In this document: in pieces, positions 17,505 through 28,122 of the stretch
Position numbering within the stretch: position 1 is the first letter of the stretch
Layout: every line of letters begins with the position of its first letter
DNA from: a bacterium
GTDB taxonomy: Bacteria > Sysuimicrobiota > Sysuimicrobiia > Sysuimicrobiales > Segetimicrobiaceae
DNA: 64,000 nucleotides
Assembly (NCBI GenBank): GCA_035280345.1
Contig: DATEGA010000252.1
Span: 5,836 to 69,835, forward strand
Direction of reading: 5' to 3'
Position numbers and translations under genes: made by a program
Notes under the pieces: model-generated
The model's input: the letters and a program-made list of their open reading frames with translations, nothing else
The model's database searches: none
Told to the model about the DNA's origin: nothing

Positions 17505-18299
17505 GTGCCCGAACATCAGATGACTAAACGGGTCAATATCTTGGGTATCGGGATAGATCCCCTCGGAATGGGCGGGGCCATCGCCAAGTTTGAGCAACTT
17601 ATCAACGCTCGTCGACCGGCTCTCGCTTGCAGTCTCAATGTTCACCTGTGCATGCTTGCAACCCGCGATACCGAGTTAGCCATCGTTTACCGGGATGCAG
17701 ACGTCGTCCTGGTCGATGGGACGCCGATGATGTGGGCCGCCACTTTTCTTGGTACGCCGCTGCCCGGTCGGGTGTCGGGTTCGGACTTGGTTCCAAACTT
17801 CTGCCGTGTCGCCGCTAGAGAGGGGTTTCGGATCTTTCTGCTCGGGGGACCACCCGGCGTCGCGGAGCGCGCGGGAAGTCTGCTAGCGACGCGCAACCCT
17901 GGCTTGAACGTAGTGGGCGCGTGTGCTCCTCCGATGGGGTTCGAACGGATCGAATCAGAGAATGCCCGTGTAGTGGATCAAATCCGGCAGGCAAATCCTG
18001 ACGTGCTTTTTGCGGCGCTGGGTCCGGGCAAACAGGAGAAGTGGCTCTCTAGGTATCGCCATGATTTAGGCGTTCCTGTGTCCATGGGGATTGGATCGGC
18101 GTTCGACTATCTCGCCGGGCGTTTCAACAGGGCGCCGGTATGGATGCAACGGGCCGGCCTGGAATGGACATGCCGGCTGGCACAGGAGCCGAGGCGATTG
18201 TGGCATCGGTATCTAATCGAAGATCCCCCATTCTTTTTTTATCTGATAAAGCAGCGCTTCTACAATGCGCTAACCCGTAACGGAGAATCGCCTCCATGA
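17505..18299 (+). CDS. GT26 glycosyltransferase (WecG/TagA/CpsF family)
   Basis: NILGIGID...LNVHLCMLA...VDGTPMMWAA...GVPVSMGIGSAFDYLAGRFNRAPVWMQRAGLEW is the WecB/TagA/CpsF signature. Confidence 0.7.
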   Translation: MPEHQMTKRVNILGIGIDPLGMGGAIAKFEQLINARRPALACSLNVHLCMLATRDTELAIVYRDADVVLVDGTPMMWAATFLGTPLPGRVSGSDLVPNFCRVAAREGFRIFLLGGPPGVAERAGSLLATRNPGLNVVGACAPPMGFERIESENARVVDQIRQANPDVLFAALGPGKQEKWLSRYRHDLGVPVSMGIGSAFDYLAGRFNRAPVWMQRAGLEWTCRLAQEPRRLWHRYLIEDPPFFFYLIKQRFYNALTRNGESPP

Positions 18300-19525
18300 A
18301 CCAAACGTACACCTTTCTCAACCGGAGTCATAGAGGCGGTTCTAACAAGAACGGTGACAGAGTATCACGCGTACTGATGGTTACGGGCCAAAGCGGCGGT
18401 GGTATCTGGCACTATGCATGTGCCTTGTCAAAGGCCCTGACCGATGAGGGTGTAGACGTGGCCTTGGCTGCACCGTATCCATTCGAGTCGGATGTCGTTG
18501 ATGGTCTGCCCGTGTGGCCACTTGGGAGCCAAAACTCGGACGGGACAAGGTCGCCATCTCTTCGCTGGCACCGTGCTGCGGGTCACCTCCAGAAGCTACG
18601 GCAGCTCAGGCAGCTGCTGCTTGATTTCCACCCAGACATAGTGCACTTTCATGATCGCTTTGGCCTCTTTGACTTTCTCTATCTTGACCTCCTGAAAAGG
18701 CTGGGCCCGCGCATCGTTTATACCGCGCACGATGTCAGATCGTTGTTCGGGAAGACTACCTGGTTCGACCGCGCGCGCTATCGTGCAGCCGATGCGATAT
18801 TCGTGCATTCGTCTAACGGCGTGGCCGATCTTCTGGAGGGCGGCATCGACCAGTCGAGGATCGTACGTGTCCCACACGCAAATTACTATCATTTGCGCGA
18901 TCGTTCCGCGACTCAATGCCGCCGCGACTATCCCGACCTTGGGATCCCATCTGGTGCGCGTCCAATTTTATTCTTCGGCTCGATCGCGCCGTACAAAGGT
19001 CTGTCGCTCCTTATCGAGGCGTTCTCGCTGCTGCTGAGAGACGATCCGAGCGTGTACCTGGTTATCGCCGGGAGGCCGAAGGACGACTTCGAGGTCTATA
19101 ACCGGCAAATTCACAGGTTGAAGTTGGAGGAACATGTCGTCGCCGACCTGCGGTACATTCCTTTTGAGGAGTTTGGGAGATTTTTCCTGGCGGCTAATGT
19201 GGTTGTTCTGCCGTATCAACGAATCTATCAGAGTGGGATACTTCAACTTGCTTATGCCTTCGGCAGGCCGGTGGTTGTGACAAATGTAGGAGGACTTGGC
19301 GAGATGGTCGCTGAGGACCGTACCGGTCTCGTGGCTGAGACGAACGACACCGTAGGCTTAGCATCGGCGATTCGCCACCTGCTCACCGAGCACGCAAATG
19401 CGGAAGAGATGGGGAATCGCGCCCGACGACTCGCCACGACAAAGTATTCGTGGGCGGCGGTGGCGCGAAAGGTTGCAGAGATATATCAGGCGCTTCAGGC
19501 TGAGCGGCGACACGCGTCATGTTAG
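18296..19525 (+). CDS. GT4 glycosyltransferase
   Basis: VVVLPYQRIYQSGILQLAYAFGRPVVVTNVGGLGEMV...GLVAE (GT4 C-terminal motif). ATGA overlap with the upstream gene. Confidence 0.7.
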   Translation: MNQTYTFLNRSHRGGSNKNGDRVSRVLMVTGQSGGGIWHYACALSKALTDEGVDVALAAPYPFESDVVDGLPVWPLGSQNSDGTRSPSLRWHRAAGHLQKLRQLRQLLLDFHPDIVHFHDRFGLFDFLYLDLLKRLGPRIVYTAHDVRSLFGKTTWFDRARYRAADAIFVHSSNGVADLLEGGIDQSRIVRVPHANYYHLRDRSATQCRRDYPDLGIPSGARPILFFGSIAPYKGLSLLIEAFSLLLRDDPSVYLVIAGRPKDDFEVYNRQIHRLKLEEHVVADLRYIPFEEFGRFFLAANVVVLPYQRIYQSGILQLAYAFGRPVVVTNVGGLGEMVAEDRTGLVAETNDTVGLASAIRHLLTEHANAEEMGNRARRLATTKYSWAAVARKVAEIYQALQAERRHASC

Positions 19526-19562
19526 TCGACGATCCGGTTAAGGTCCGCCCGGTCCAATTGCG

Positions 19563-20948
19563 ATGATGCGACAGGGTACATCACGAACAGTCCTGATGAT
19601 CGATTACTATTTCCCTCCTCTGGGGAGTGCAGGCGCACGGACGCTCGGGTACGTCCGGTATCTCAAGCAGTTTGGGTGGGAGCCGATTGTTCTTACGGTG
19701 CGCTCCGGGCAAGCAACTTTCCAGGACACCACGCTCCTGAAGAGCATTCCAGAGTCGATAGACGTGCAGAGGACTTATTCATTCGAGCCACTTAAAGTCG
19801 CCAAGAAACTGTTCACGCGAGCGTATCCAGAGAACCGTCGGTACGCCGGCAACGCCCGCTCTTCCTCGAGCGTGGTTGAGCGCGGCATCCGGCGAGTACG
19901 CAGACTCGAACACTGGCTTTTCTTCCCGGATCGTAACGTCGGTTGGGCCCCGTTCGCAATCGGACGGGCGCTCCACATTCACCGTGCACAACCCATCGAC
20001 ATCGTCTACTCTACTTCGACAGCAGTCACCAGTCATCTGGTGGCGCATGTCGTTAAGACGATCCTGGCAAAACCATGGGTCGCAGATTTTCAGGATGCGT
20101 GGGCCGATCATCCGGTAACGGCAGCGATATCGTTCCCAACGCCGCTCCATGCGTACCTAGCGCGCAGTCTCGAGGCCAACATCGTCGGGAGTGCAGATCA
20201 CGTTGTCGTGACGGCGGACCCGCTCAAGGCGGCGTTCCAACGACGAAGGCAGAGGCGCCGGTCCGAAGACATCAGCGTCATACCGATGGGGTATGAACCG
20301 GCGGTATTTGATCGCATTCGGCCCACCCCTCGGGCCAAATTCACAATCACGCACTTCGGTAGTTTCTACGCCTCGAGGTCGCCGGGCCCGTTTCTCGAGG
20401 CTCTCGGTAAGTGCGTGCTTCAGCATCCCGAGCTATCTGCCGAGCTTGAGGTCTTGTTTTTGGGCAGTTTCGATGCGGGGATTCACGCCGTCGCGCGGAG
20501 GGTCGTCGATAGGTGGAAGCTAGGCGACATAGTGCGGTTCATGGGGCCAGTTTCCTACGAGGACGGTGTGGGTCTCTTGGTCAGTTCTCACGTCCTGCTC
20601 ATCGTCGGCGACGCTGGGGACTGGCACCGCACCGCGATTCCCACGAAATTGTACGACTACTTGGCTGCGAGGAGGCCTATTTTGGCGCTTCTGCCAGAGG
20701 GTCCGGCCGCTGGAATCGTCCGCGCGTTGGGTGCGGGTACCGTCATTTCTCCTGATCGGATAGATCTAATTCAGGAGGCGATCTGGCATCTGTATCAGGC
20801 TAGTGTTGGCGGCTCCTTGACGTTTTCAACAGATACGAACATGATTTCAAAGTACGGATGGCATGCACTTGCCGGGCAACTTGCGTCAGTTTTTGATCGT
20901 ACCCTGTTGGCTTGTTCTCGGCCGCAGTTCGGCAGCGATCGAGCCTGA
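19563..20948 (+). CDS. GT-B fold glycosyltransferase (GT4-like; Glyco_trans_4_4-type N-terminus)
   Basis: IDYYFPPLGSAGARTLGYVRYL N-terminal motif. The C-terminal half has a GT-B-like architecture. Confidence 0.45.
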   Translation: MMRQGTSRTVLMIDYYFPPLGSAGARTLGYVRYLKQFGWEPIVLTVRSGQATFQDTTLLKSIPESIDVQRTYSFEPLKVAKKLFTRAYPENRRYAGNARSSSSVVERGIRRVRRLEHWLFFPDRNVGWAPFAIGRALHIHRAQPIDIVYSTSTAVTSHLVAHVVKTILAKPWVADFQDAWADHPVTAAISFPTPLHAYLARSLEANIVGSADHVVVTADPLKAAFQRRRQRRRSEDISVIPMGYEPAVFDRIRPTPRAKFTITHFGSFYASRSPGPFLEALGKCVLQHPELSAELEVLFLGSFDAGIHAVARRVVDRWKLGDIVRFMGPVSYEDGVGLLVSSHVLLIVGDAGDWHRTAIPTKLYDYLAARRPILALLPEGPAAGIVRALGAGTVISPDRIDLIQEAIWHLYQASVGGSLTFSTDTNMISKYGWHALAGQLASVFDRTLLACSRPQFGSDRA

Positions 20949-21072
20949 GCAATCCGACAAGGTGCTACGGAGGCGGATCGATGATTACAGCGGCACCCGT
21001 ATCGTTTGACGAACGCACATATTGCGATGAATCCAACTGCTTCGGGCAACGAGATCGTCCATAACACTGCGG

Positions 21073-22329
21073 ATGTTATCGTCTTCGTACCACGCGACGA
21101 TCGACGATCTACACTCGCCCGGCTCCGACGGCAGCGTGTGGCAGGCGTCCGAACCTACTACGCTTCGGATCGCCGTCGTGTACGCGAGCAACTATGGTGA
21201 AACATCACCCGGTGGTATCACGATCGGTGTGTGGCGAATTGTCCTCGGTCTCCGCGAAGACATTCGCACTCTTTTGGTCTGCGTCGCCGACAAAGGGGAA
21301 CTTATTACACTTCGCAATCGCTTCGGCGACAGAAACATTACGGTATTGCCTGTGCTTCCAGCATCGCGACGTGCCCGCCGCGTACCGCTGAATATCGTCT
21401 TTACCATCGCGCTTATTCTAAAACGGCGAAGGATTCTGCGGGAGTCCGACGTCATTCACGCGCATAGAATGGAGTCTGCTCTCCCTTTTGTCGTCCGCAA
21501 GTCAAAGCCGGTTGTCCTCACCGTACACGGCTCGTCAAGGGATCATTCATTCTGCAGAACCGGGATGTTGCGGTGGCGGCTTATTCGGCGGGCTTATGAT
21601 ATTGTCGAGGGGTTTGTTTTTTCGAGGGTAGACCAGGTCACGCTGGTGAGCCGGGAGGCATTTGAATACTATACGAATCGCTATTCGAGGTTACGGGCCA
21701 AGTTCGCGTTGATCCCGCCCGTTCTCGATCCCACAGCATTTGACACCGTTGATCGCAGCGCCGCGAGGTCATATTTCGGACTTCGCGACGACGACCTGGC
21801 GGTGGTTTTTGTCGGGCGACTTAGCGAGCAGAAACGTGTCGATCTGGTGATCGCAGCGAGTGCGAGATTGGCTAAACAACGGGCGTCGACGCACCTCTTC
21901 ATAGCCGGCGTGGGACCCGAGGAAGGTCGGCTCCGTCTCCAGGCTGTTGAGTGTGGGCTTAAGAATGTCCGATTCCTTGGATTGCTATCTCCGACTGAAG
22001 TCCGAAGGTTGTTGTGTTGCGCGGACGCTGTGGCGCTCCCGTCGCTTTGGGAAGGGCTTCCGATGGTCGTTTTGGAGGCACTGGCCTGTGGTATTCCCGT
22101 CGCGGCCTCGAATGTGGGCGGAATACGTGAAGTGCTGACCGGTGAACTGGAAGAGTTCATTCTGTCTTCGGACGACCCCGAGGAACTTAAGAGCAAAATC
22201 GTGGCTGCCGCGAGCAGACGCGAGGCGGTCCGAGATCTCTGTATTGCGACGGCCCGACGATACGCTGCCTCTCGAATCCTAGCGCAACTTGAACATATCT
22301 ACGACCATTTGGCGCACCCGACCGCTTGA
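21073..22329 (+). CDS. GT4 glycosyltransferase (true start possibly GTG near 21136)
   Basis: LPSLWEGLPMVVLEALACGIPVAASNVGGIREVL (the E-x7-E GT4 motif). Confidence 0.7.
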   Translation: MLSSSYHATIDDLHSPGSDGSVWQASEPTTLRIAVVYASNYGETSPGGITIGVWRIVLGLREDIRTLLVCVADKGELITLRNRFGDRNITVLPVLPASRRARRVPLNIVFTIALILKRRRILRESDVIHAHRMESALPFVVRKSKPVVLTVHGSSRDHSFCRTGMLRWRLIRRAYDIVEGFVFSRVDQVTLVSREAFEYYTNRYSRLRAKFALIPPVLDPTAFDTVDRSAARSYFGLRDDDLAVVFVGRLSEQKRVDLVIAASARLAKQRASTHLFIAGVGPEEGRLRLQAVECGLKNVRFLGLLSPTEVRRLLCCADAVALPSLWEGLPMVVLEALACGIPVAASNVGGIREVLTGELEEFILSSDDPEELKSKIVAAASRREAVRDLCIATARRYAASRILAQLEHIYDHLAHPTA

Positions 22330-22413
22330 GAACGATGCCGGGCGGACACTTCAAACATTGACCGCTAGCGAGCAGCGTGGCGCGAACGTCCTGACTTTCT
22401 CATCCAACATACG

Positions 22414-23574
22414 ATCGTGCGAATAGGCATCGATTGCACGGTTGTTGGCAGGCCTCAGACCGGGTTCGAGGCCTACACGCTGTCGCTCGTGACCTCGTTG
22501 CTTCAACTCGACAGCGATATCGACTTTGTGTTATTCACGCCCAAATCGATCCCACGAGCGCTAGCCGACTTGAGCCACCGGGCGTCGATCGTCAGCGGTC
22601 CGTTTGATACGGGCGTCCTCGCCAGCCAGGCATGGTTGGGACCGGCAGTTGCGCTATCTCATCTTGATCTGATGCACTATCCGGCCTTTCCTCCATTGTT
22701 GCCGTCCTCCGGATTCGTCTTGACGCTGCACGATGCGACTCCGTGGGCGTTCAGGCAAACGATGCCCCGCGGGGCGAATCTTTATTTCCGTACAACAGTG
22801 CGTCTTTGGGGGAAGCGGTCCCGAGTCATTATCACGCCGTCTGAAGCTTCCAAGACACAGATCGTTCGGCATGTGGGCGTACCTGCCGGTCGGATTCGAG
22901 TGATCAAACTAGGAGTTCGAAATTTTTCGCAAGGAACGAGTGTGGCCGGTGATGAACGGGGACTCCGTCGATTCAGTCTGGCTCCCGGCTACATTTTGTT
23001 CGTCGGCACGGTGGAGCCTAGGAAAAATCTGGCGCTCGTCATTCGCGCGCTTGCTCTGCTTCGAGCAAATGGTGTTCGCCGTCAGTTCGTGGTCGCGGGG
23101 CGACTCGCCTGGGGCACGGTGGAGCTGAATAAGCTCCTCGATGAGGAACAGCTGCGCGATGCCGTCGTGTTTACAGATCATGTCTCTGATGGAGAGCTTG
23201 CGACCTTCTATAGACAGGCAGCCTTTCTCGTTCAGCCGAGCATTCACGAGGGCTTCGGCCTTCCTGTCGTGGAAGCTATGGCGCTGGGGTGTCCCGTACT
23301 CGCTTCCGATATTCCAGCACATCGCGAAGTGCTCGGTGATGCCGGAGTGTACTTTTCTACGAAGGATGCTTCGGCACTGGCGAAGGCAATGGCGCGGTTG
23401 CTGGCGGACGACCCGGCTAGAGGGGCAATGAGGCTGCGGGCGCTCGTGCGCTCTGAGGAGTTTACCTGGGTAGAGACCGCTCGGCACACCCTCGCTGCCT
23501 ACCGTGACGCCATTGCTCAACGGGTCCGCGGGCGCGGGGCTACTTCGCGGCGATCTGACATCGGATCCAACTAG
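22414..23574 (+). CDS. GT4 glycosyltransferase
   Basis: VQPSIHEGFGLPVVEAMALGCPVLASDIPAHREVLGDAGVYF. Confidence 0.7.
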   Translation: MVRIGIDCTVVGRPQTGFEAYTLSLVTSLLQLDSDIDFVLFTPKSIPRALADLSHRASIVSGPFDTGVLASQAWLGPAVALSHLDLMHYPAFPPLLPSSGFVLTLHDATPWAFRQTMPRGANLYFRTTVRLWGKRSRVIITPSEASKTQIVRHVGVPAGRIRVIKLGVRNFSQGTSVAGDERGLRRFSLAPGYILFVGTVEPRKNLALVIRALALLRANGVRRQFVVAGRLAWGTVELNKLLDEEQLRDAVVFTDHVSDGELATFYRQAAFLVQPSIHEGFGLPVVEAMALGCPVLASDIPAHREVLGDAGVYFSTKDASALAKAMARLLADDPARGAMRLRALVRSEEFTWVETARHTLAAYRDAIAQRVRGRGATSRRSDIGSN

Positions 23575-23635
23575 TTTGGAACCTCCCGCTACCAAGAGAT
23601 AGACTCTGCAAACAGCAGGAAGCCAGCGGTGGATC

Positions 23636-24511
23636 TCAGGGAAACTTAGTACGAAGGGCATTGCCGTTGAAAACGGCCTTGAGCATGACTTGACGTTGTT
23701 GTTCGCCTACTCGGTCTACCCTTGTTGCGAATCCAGCTCTCTCGAGGCGTGACTGAACCCCTCTCAAAGACGCCTCGGAGTGGTGCCACTCCACCGCTAT
23801 GGCCCGGATGCGTCGCAGCAGATCAATTGGACTCTCGAGGAGAAAATTCAATTCTTCACCCTCGATGTCCATCTTTAGAAAGTCACAAATGTCTACGCCG
23901 GTGAGGGAAAAGACTTTGGCGAGGTCTGCACATTCAACTTTCTCAAACCGGTCAACGCTGCGGTCAAGCGCATACCCGCCTGAGTGCGCTGCCAGGGATA
24001 GTCGGCGCGGCCCTGGCAAAGTAGAAATTGCCATGCGATAGGCTCGTGCCGGTACCTGGTTTGCAACCAGATTCTGCTCTAACATCGCGAAATTTGCTGT
24101 TGAGGGCTCAAAGCAGCTGATGGAGGCGGCCGGTGCGCGGGCCCCGATGTAAAGGGCAAAGACCCCCATATTGGCGCCAAAGTCAAATACGTGGCGGCAA
24201 GACCTGAAATGGACTCCCGGGATATCGTAGACTCTGTGGAGGTAGATTTCGTTCAGCGTTGTCCGCACGGAGGCCCTTAGTACAACTGTCTGCTTGTTCC
24301 GCAGACGAAACCTGAGGAGTGTCTCGCCTGTATCACGCACAAAGTGCGCTCTCATATAGCGCAACCAATCTCGATTGTATCGGACAGTTCCGCAAGTCGT
24401 TGCTATTATTCGTGGGACCATTGTCAAGGCCATCTGGAACACCGGCGCATAATTGTGTCCCCCGTCTCTTCCAGTGCTTTCTGGTCCTTTCCCCCCAATA
24501 TCAGCACACAT
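23636..24511 (-). CDS. FkbM-family SAM-dependent methyltransferase (start may be an internal Met near 24433)
   Basis: VFDFGANMGVFALYIGARAPAASISCFEPS...FLKMDIEGEE is the Methyltransf_21/FkbM signature. It lies antisense to the surrounding GT genes. Confidence 0.65.
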   Translation of the reverse strand: MCADIGGKGPESTGRDGGHNYAPVFQMALTMVPRIIATTCGTVRYNRDWLRYMRAHFVRDTGETLLRFRLRNKQTVVLRASVRTTLNEIYLHRVYDIPGVHFRSCRHVFDFGANMGVFALYIGARAPAASISCFEPSTANFAMLEQNLVANQVPARAYRMAISTLPGPRRLSLAAHSGGYALDRSVDRFEKVECADLAKVFSLTGVDICDFLKMDIEGEELNFLLESPIDLLRRIRAIAVEWHHSEASLRGVQSRLERAGFATRVDRVGEQQRQVMLKAVFNGNALRTKFP

Positions 24512-24980
24512 CCTTAACGCCCGTCGCGCGCGAGTAGATGCTTCGTCCGTTATTCTAATAGACTGCTGGGCGCCCTTGCGACGTCAATATCGGTACTAGG
24601 TGGTGATACCAGCGTGCTTTTTCATGACGAGGTCGTCGAGGAACGGATTAGCCAGCTCCCGGACGATTCACCAGGGATAAGCCGGTAGGTCAACCAGGGA
24701 AGGACGTGGACCACCCGGTTTCACTTGCGTCATATAGGCTCGACATGGTGGCACCGTTCACCCACGCGGTGATCGGCGCGGATCGCGACTTCAACTTGCT
24801 CCTATAGGTGGCGGTTGTTTGGCAAAGGCCGAAACGCTCGGAAGGATCTACCCTCCCCGAGGTCTGCCCGGGCCGACACAACAACGCAAGGCCGTTTGGA
24901 CGGCACCTTTCACATCCTAGCCGTTTTCAGGCCGCGGGCAAGCCGCCGCAATGGAAGTCAAACTGATCGCGGTCGCTCAG

Positions 24981-26822
24981 TTAGAACAACCCTTGAGTGA
25001 TCCATGCCCAAATGCTGCGCGGGAACCGAGGAATATAATAGGACGACCTCCCATTTCCACCACCCCACGTTGAGCCAAACATTGGCGCCAGCGGCGCTAG
25101 TAAGGTGCCGTCTCCGCCGTCGAGTTTATAACCACCCTGCGGAGCGCCACCATTGTGGTTGCTGTTTGTAATGACTTGGAGTTGGCGGGCAATGATAGTG
25201 AGATCGTTACTAAACGCGCTACTGGTAGGTAACTCGTTCCGCGCAGTATAGTCCATATACAGCACTATACCGTTAGCGTTGCCAACATCTCGGACATATC
25301 CACCGTACCACTGAAATGCCTTCGCAATATTCATGCCTTGAGATGTTTGGAGTCCGAGACTGCCCAAGTTGACTGACGCGGGAATGGCAAGGAGGGAACC
25401 CATCGTAAAGTTTCCTCCGGACCCACGATTCACGGTGCTGGTGCTCGAATCAGGCCAGACGAAGCCGGGGGAGAGGTAAAGAGAGTTCGTCGCCATCGCT
25501 AGTGCATGACGAATGCCCGCCGCGAGTTCTCCTGACCGAATCAGGCCCCCGAGGTGTGGCATCCCTCCTTCCGTCGTCACGCCGTCAGGATTGAGTGTGC
25601 TTCCGGAGACGTTGTTCGGGGCTTTGGGGGCGGGCGTGGCTTCGACGCCGGAATTTACCCAAATTGATGGAGCCGTCTGCCCGATTCCCGGTCCCTTAAG
25701 ATCGTAGTTGTCGGCCCCTGCATAGGCATTGTATGTGCTTCCACTATAAGACGAGACATGGAAATCCATGCTCGTTAGGTGGTCCGGGGTGACGACACTC
25801 ATCGCCGCGTCCGAGTCCGGCGATGGTACGGCCCCAGAAGGGATGTTCCGGGGAAACACATTAGTCCCATAGTAGTTCGTTGGACCTCCCACGGAGGTTC
25901 GGTCGCCCCGAATGATTGAACCCAGAGGATCGCTGGTCTGCGCAACGTAGACCGGGAATGTCCACGCGCCCGCGTTGATGTTGATGCTCCCAAAGCCGGT
26001 CCCGCCGTCGCCTCGCAGAACGGTCGCGTACCTCGCGTTAGAGCCTATAGGGTAGTTCCAGGGTGAGTATGTGGAGAAGGGCCAGTACCCGGGATCGCGC
26101 GACGTTGTCGTTGCAGTACTGGTCGGGGCAGCTGCAGTGTTTGTCGTTACCGCCACCGTAGCGGGGGATGAGACACTTGCCACAGAGTTTTGCGCGGTGA
26201 GGGTGTAGGTGGTCGTCGCCTGAGGAAGTACAGTCAGTGTGCCACTTGCCGGAACGCTTGTGCCATTGAGCGTGACGGTAGTCGCGTTTGAAGTTGTCCA
26301 GGATAGTGTGCTCGACTGGCCGGACAAGATGGCCGTAGGGGATGCTGAGAGGGCTGCCGTCGGCACCAGCGTCGTTGCGGTGTTGGTGGTAGTTGTTGTC
26401 GTGCTTGTAGGGATTGTGGTCGAGGGCGCGGACACCGCCACGTTGGCAGACACAACGACTGTTCCGTTGTCGTTGGCAGCCGTAAGAACATAGCTCGTGG
26501 TTTGTGCCGGCTTAACCTGTCGCGAACCCTGCTTCGAGACCGATACGCCGTTGAGAGTAACTGAGTTCGCGCGCCAGGTGGTCCAGTAAAGCGTCGACGT
26601 TCCTCCCTGGCTGATGCTTCCCGGGGAAGCTGAAACACGCGCATATGGCAAAGGATGCTGGACGTCATCGGCCTGGGCGTCCCGGAAGCGCGACGGCCCT
26701 GGCGACAGAAACAGCATGACAAAGGCGAGTATAAGACCGATCGCTCGCGTTCGCGGGAACCATCTCCGCCGCCGCTTGGACGAAAGGGCGGGGGTGATGT
26801 GGTCAACAAAAGGCCGACACAT
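24981..26822 (-). CDS. secreted/anchored protein with two tandem Ig-like (about 90 aa) repeats, Thr-rich linkers and an uncharacterised C-terminal domain of about 370 aa; candidate glycan-active enzyme
   Basis: N-terminal hydrophobic anchor (AIGLILAFVMLFLSP). The repeats are SASPGSISQGGTSTLYWTTWRANSVTLNGVSV... and SASPTAILSGQSSTLSWTTSNATTVTLNGTSV.... Linkers such as TSTTTTTTNTATT. The C-terminal domain is G/S/N-rich with no recognisable motif. Confidence 0.5.
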   Translation of the reverse strand: MCRPFVDHITPALSSKRRRRWFPRTRAIGLILAFVMLFLSPGPSRFRDAQADDVQHPLPYARVSASPGSISQGGTSTLYWTTWRANSVTLNGVSVSKQGSRQVKPAQTTSYVLTAANDNGTVVVSANVAVSAPSTTIPTSTTTTTTNTATTLVPTAALSASPTAILSGQSSTLSWTTSNATTVTLNGTSVPASGTLTVLPQATTTYTLTAQNSVASVSSPATVAVTTNTAAAPTSTATTTSRDPGYWPFSTYSPWNYPIGSNARYATVLRGDGGTGFGSININAGAWTFPVYVAQTSDPLGSIIRGDRTSVGGPTNYYGTNVFPRNIPSGAVPSPDSDAAMSVVTPDHLTSMDFHVSSYSGSTYNAYAGADNYDLKGPGIGQTAPSIWVNSGVEATPAPKAPNNVSGSTLNPDGVTTEGGMPHLGGLIRSGELAAGIRHALAMATNSLYLSPGFVWPDSSTSTVNRGSGGNFTMGSLLAIPASVNLGSLGLQTSQGMNIAKAFQWYGGYVRDVGNANGIVLYMDYTARNELPTSSAFSNDLTIIARQLQVITNSNHNGGAPQGGYKLDGGDGTLLAPLAPMFGSTWGGGNGRSSYYIPRFPRSIWAWITQGLF

Positions 26823-27126
26823 TCGCGCCTCCCCTGAGCGATCGATAACTGAGCTTATCCGGGTGAACGATTGATGCCCAATAGCGGCTGTCCTTAGCCT
26901 GAAGCCGCGGGGTCTGCGGCGTGACAGCGCGTGGATCTTCTGAATGTTTTCCCCGGTGACACCTCATGCGGATTGTTCGGTCCGAGGTCTATCTGAGCGA
27001 CCGTTCCGCTGACAACCGTTCCGCTAACGACCGGCCCGCGAGTCCAGGAGATTGATCACGGCGAGAACGGGCTGCGACGACATCCCACTTCGGAGACAGA
27101 CCCCGAGGCCCTGGTAAAGAAGAGAG
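26823..27126. promoter_or_regulatory. divergent intergenic region (putative promoters for the 24981-26822 minus gene and the 27127 plus gene)
   Basis: 304-bp non-coding gap between divergently oriented genes. Confidence 0.25.
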
Positions 27127-28122
27127 GTGTGTCAGGAATTCGTACCGAAGCGCAGTCAATACGAAACCGGCCCTCTGCACGGTGTCCGAGTGGAAGTTAT
27201 GAAGAGTGACGAAGCGACAAAGGGCGTCTATCCGGTAGCCGTTCGGACGCTACGAAATGCATGCCGCACCGTAGTGCCAAAGCGTCTGCGGTACGAGCTC
27301 AAATGGCACCGCAGCTATGTGGCCATCCGTCCACCCAAGACGAAGACCTCTCCCTGGCAGGGCACAGCGGACGCAGACTGCGCAATCATCATGGGATTGC
27401 GGAAGCGCGGTGTCAACATGATTGACTACACGATAGACGTTACCCACTACAAGGAGTGGGCGAGGCGGGCCGGATATCAACAGTTCCCCGGCTACTACGA
27501 AGGTGGACGAGGGCCAAACGCCGTTGAGAAAACACTGGAACACTATTTGGCCGCGACTTTCCTAGACCTTAGGGAAAGTGACATCTACATTGATATAGCC
27601 AATGACAATTCGCCCGCTCCTGACATCTATCGCATGCTGTACGGCTGCACGGTCTACAGGCAAGATCTCGAGTTTCCGGCCGGCGTTGCCGGCAACGTTA
27701 TTGGTGGTGACGCTTCGAGTCTGCCTCTGAAAGACGGTTTTGCAACGAAGATGGCATTGCACTGTTCGTTTGAGCACTTCGAGCACGATTCTGACATGAG
27801 ATTTATCAAGGAGGCCAGTCGGGTCCTTGAGTTCGGCGGTAAACTCTGTATCGTGCCTCTCTATCTGAGCGGCCGGTATGTGATTATGACGGACCCGGGT
27901 GTGTTGCCATGGCAGGGCATAAGGTTCGACCGTGACGCAACGGTATACTGCCGAAGGGATTATCATGTACGTCACAGTCGCCTCTACGACGTTCCTCACT
28001 TCGTCTCGAGAGTGTGCGACAACCTGGATGGCCTAAGTTTGATCATTTACGTCATTCGCAATGAAAAGGACGTTGATCCAACGTGTTACGCGAAGTTTGC
28101 CGCAGTGTTCGAGAAGCGCTGA
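27127..28122 (+). CDS. putative class I SAM-dependent methyltransferase-like protein (start perhaps at Met 27205)
   Basis: IGGDASSLPLKDGFATKMALHCSFEHFE...FIKEASRVLEFGGKLCI resembles Methyltransf_11 motifs II/III. The gene has lower GC than the flanks. Confidence 0.4.
   Translation: MCQEFVPKRSQYETGPLHGVRVEVMKSDEATKGVYPVAVRTLRNACRTVVPKRLRYELKWHRSYVAIRPPKTKTSPWQGTADADCAIIMGLRKRGVNMIDYTIDVTHYKEWARRAGYQQFPGYYEGGRGPNAVEKTLEHYLAATFLDLRESDIYIDIANDNSPAPDIYRMLYGCTVYRQDLEFPAGVAGNVIGGDASSLPLKDGFATKMALHCSFEHFEHDSDMRFIKEASRVLEFGGKLCIVPLYLSGRYVIMTDPGVLPWQGIRFDRDATVYCRRDYHVRHSRLYDVPHFVSRVCDNLDGLSLIIYVIRNEKDVDPTCYAKFAAVFEKR

Noticed and set aside
18231-18240. Homopolymeric T7 tract inside the GT26 coding sequence (encodes FFF) as a phase-variation switch
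   Set aside because: The tract is short and lies in the last ~20 codons, so a slip would alter only the extreme C-terminus. It is not convincing as a contingency locus.
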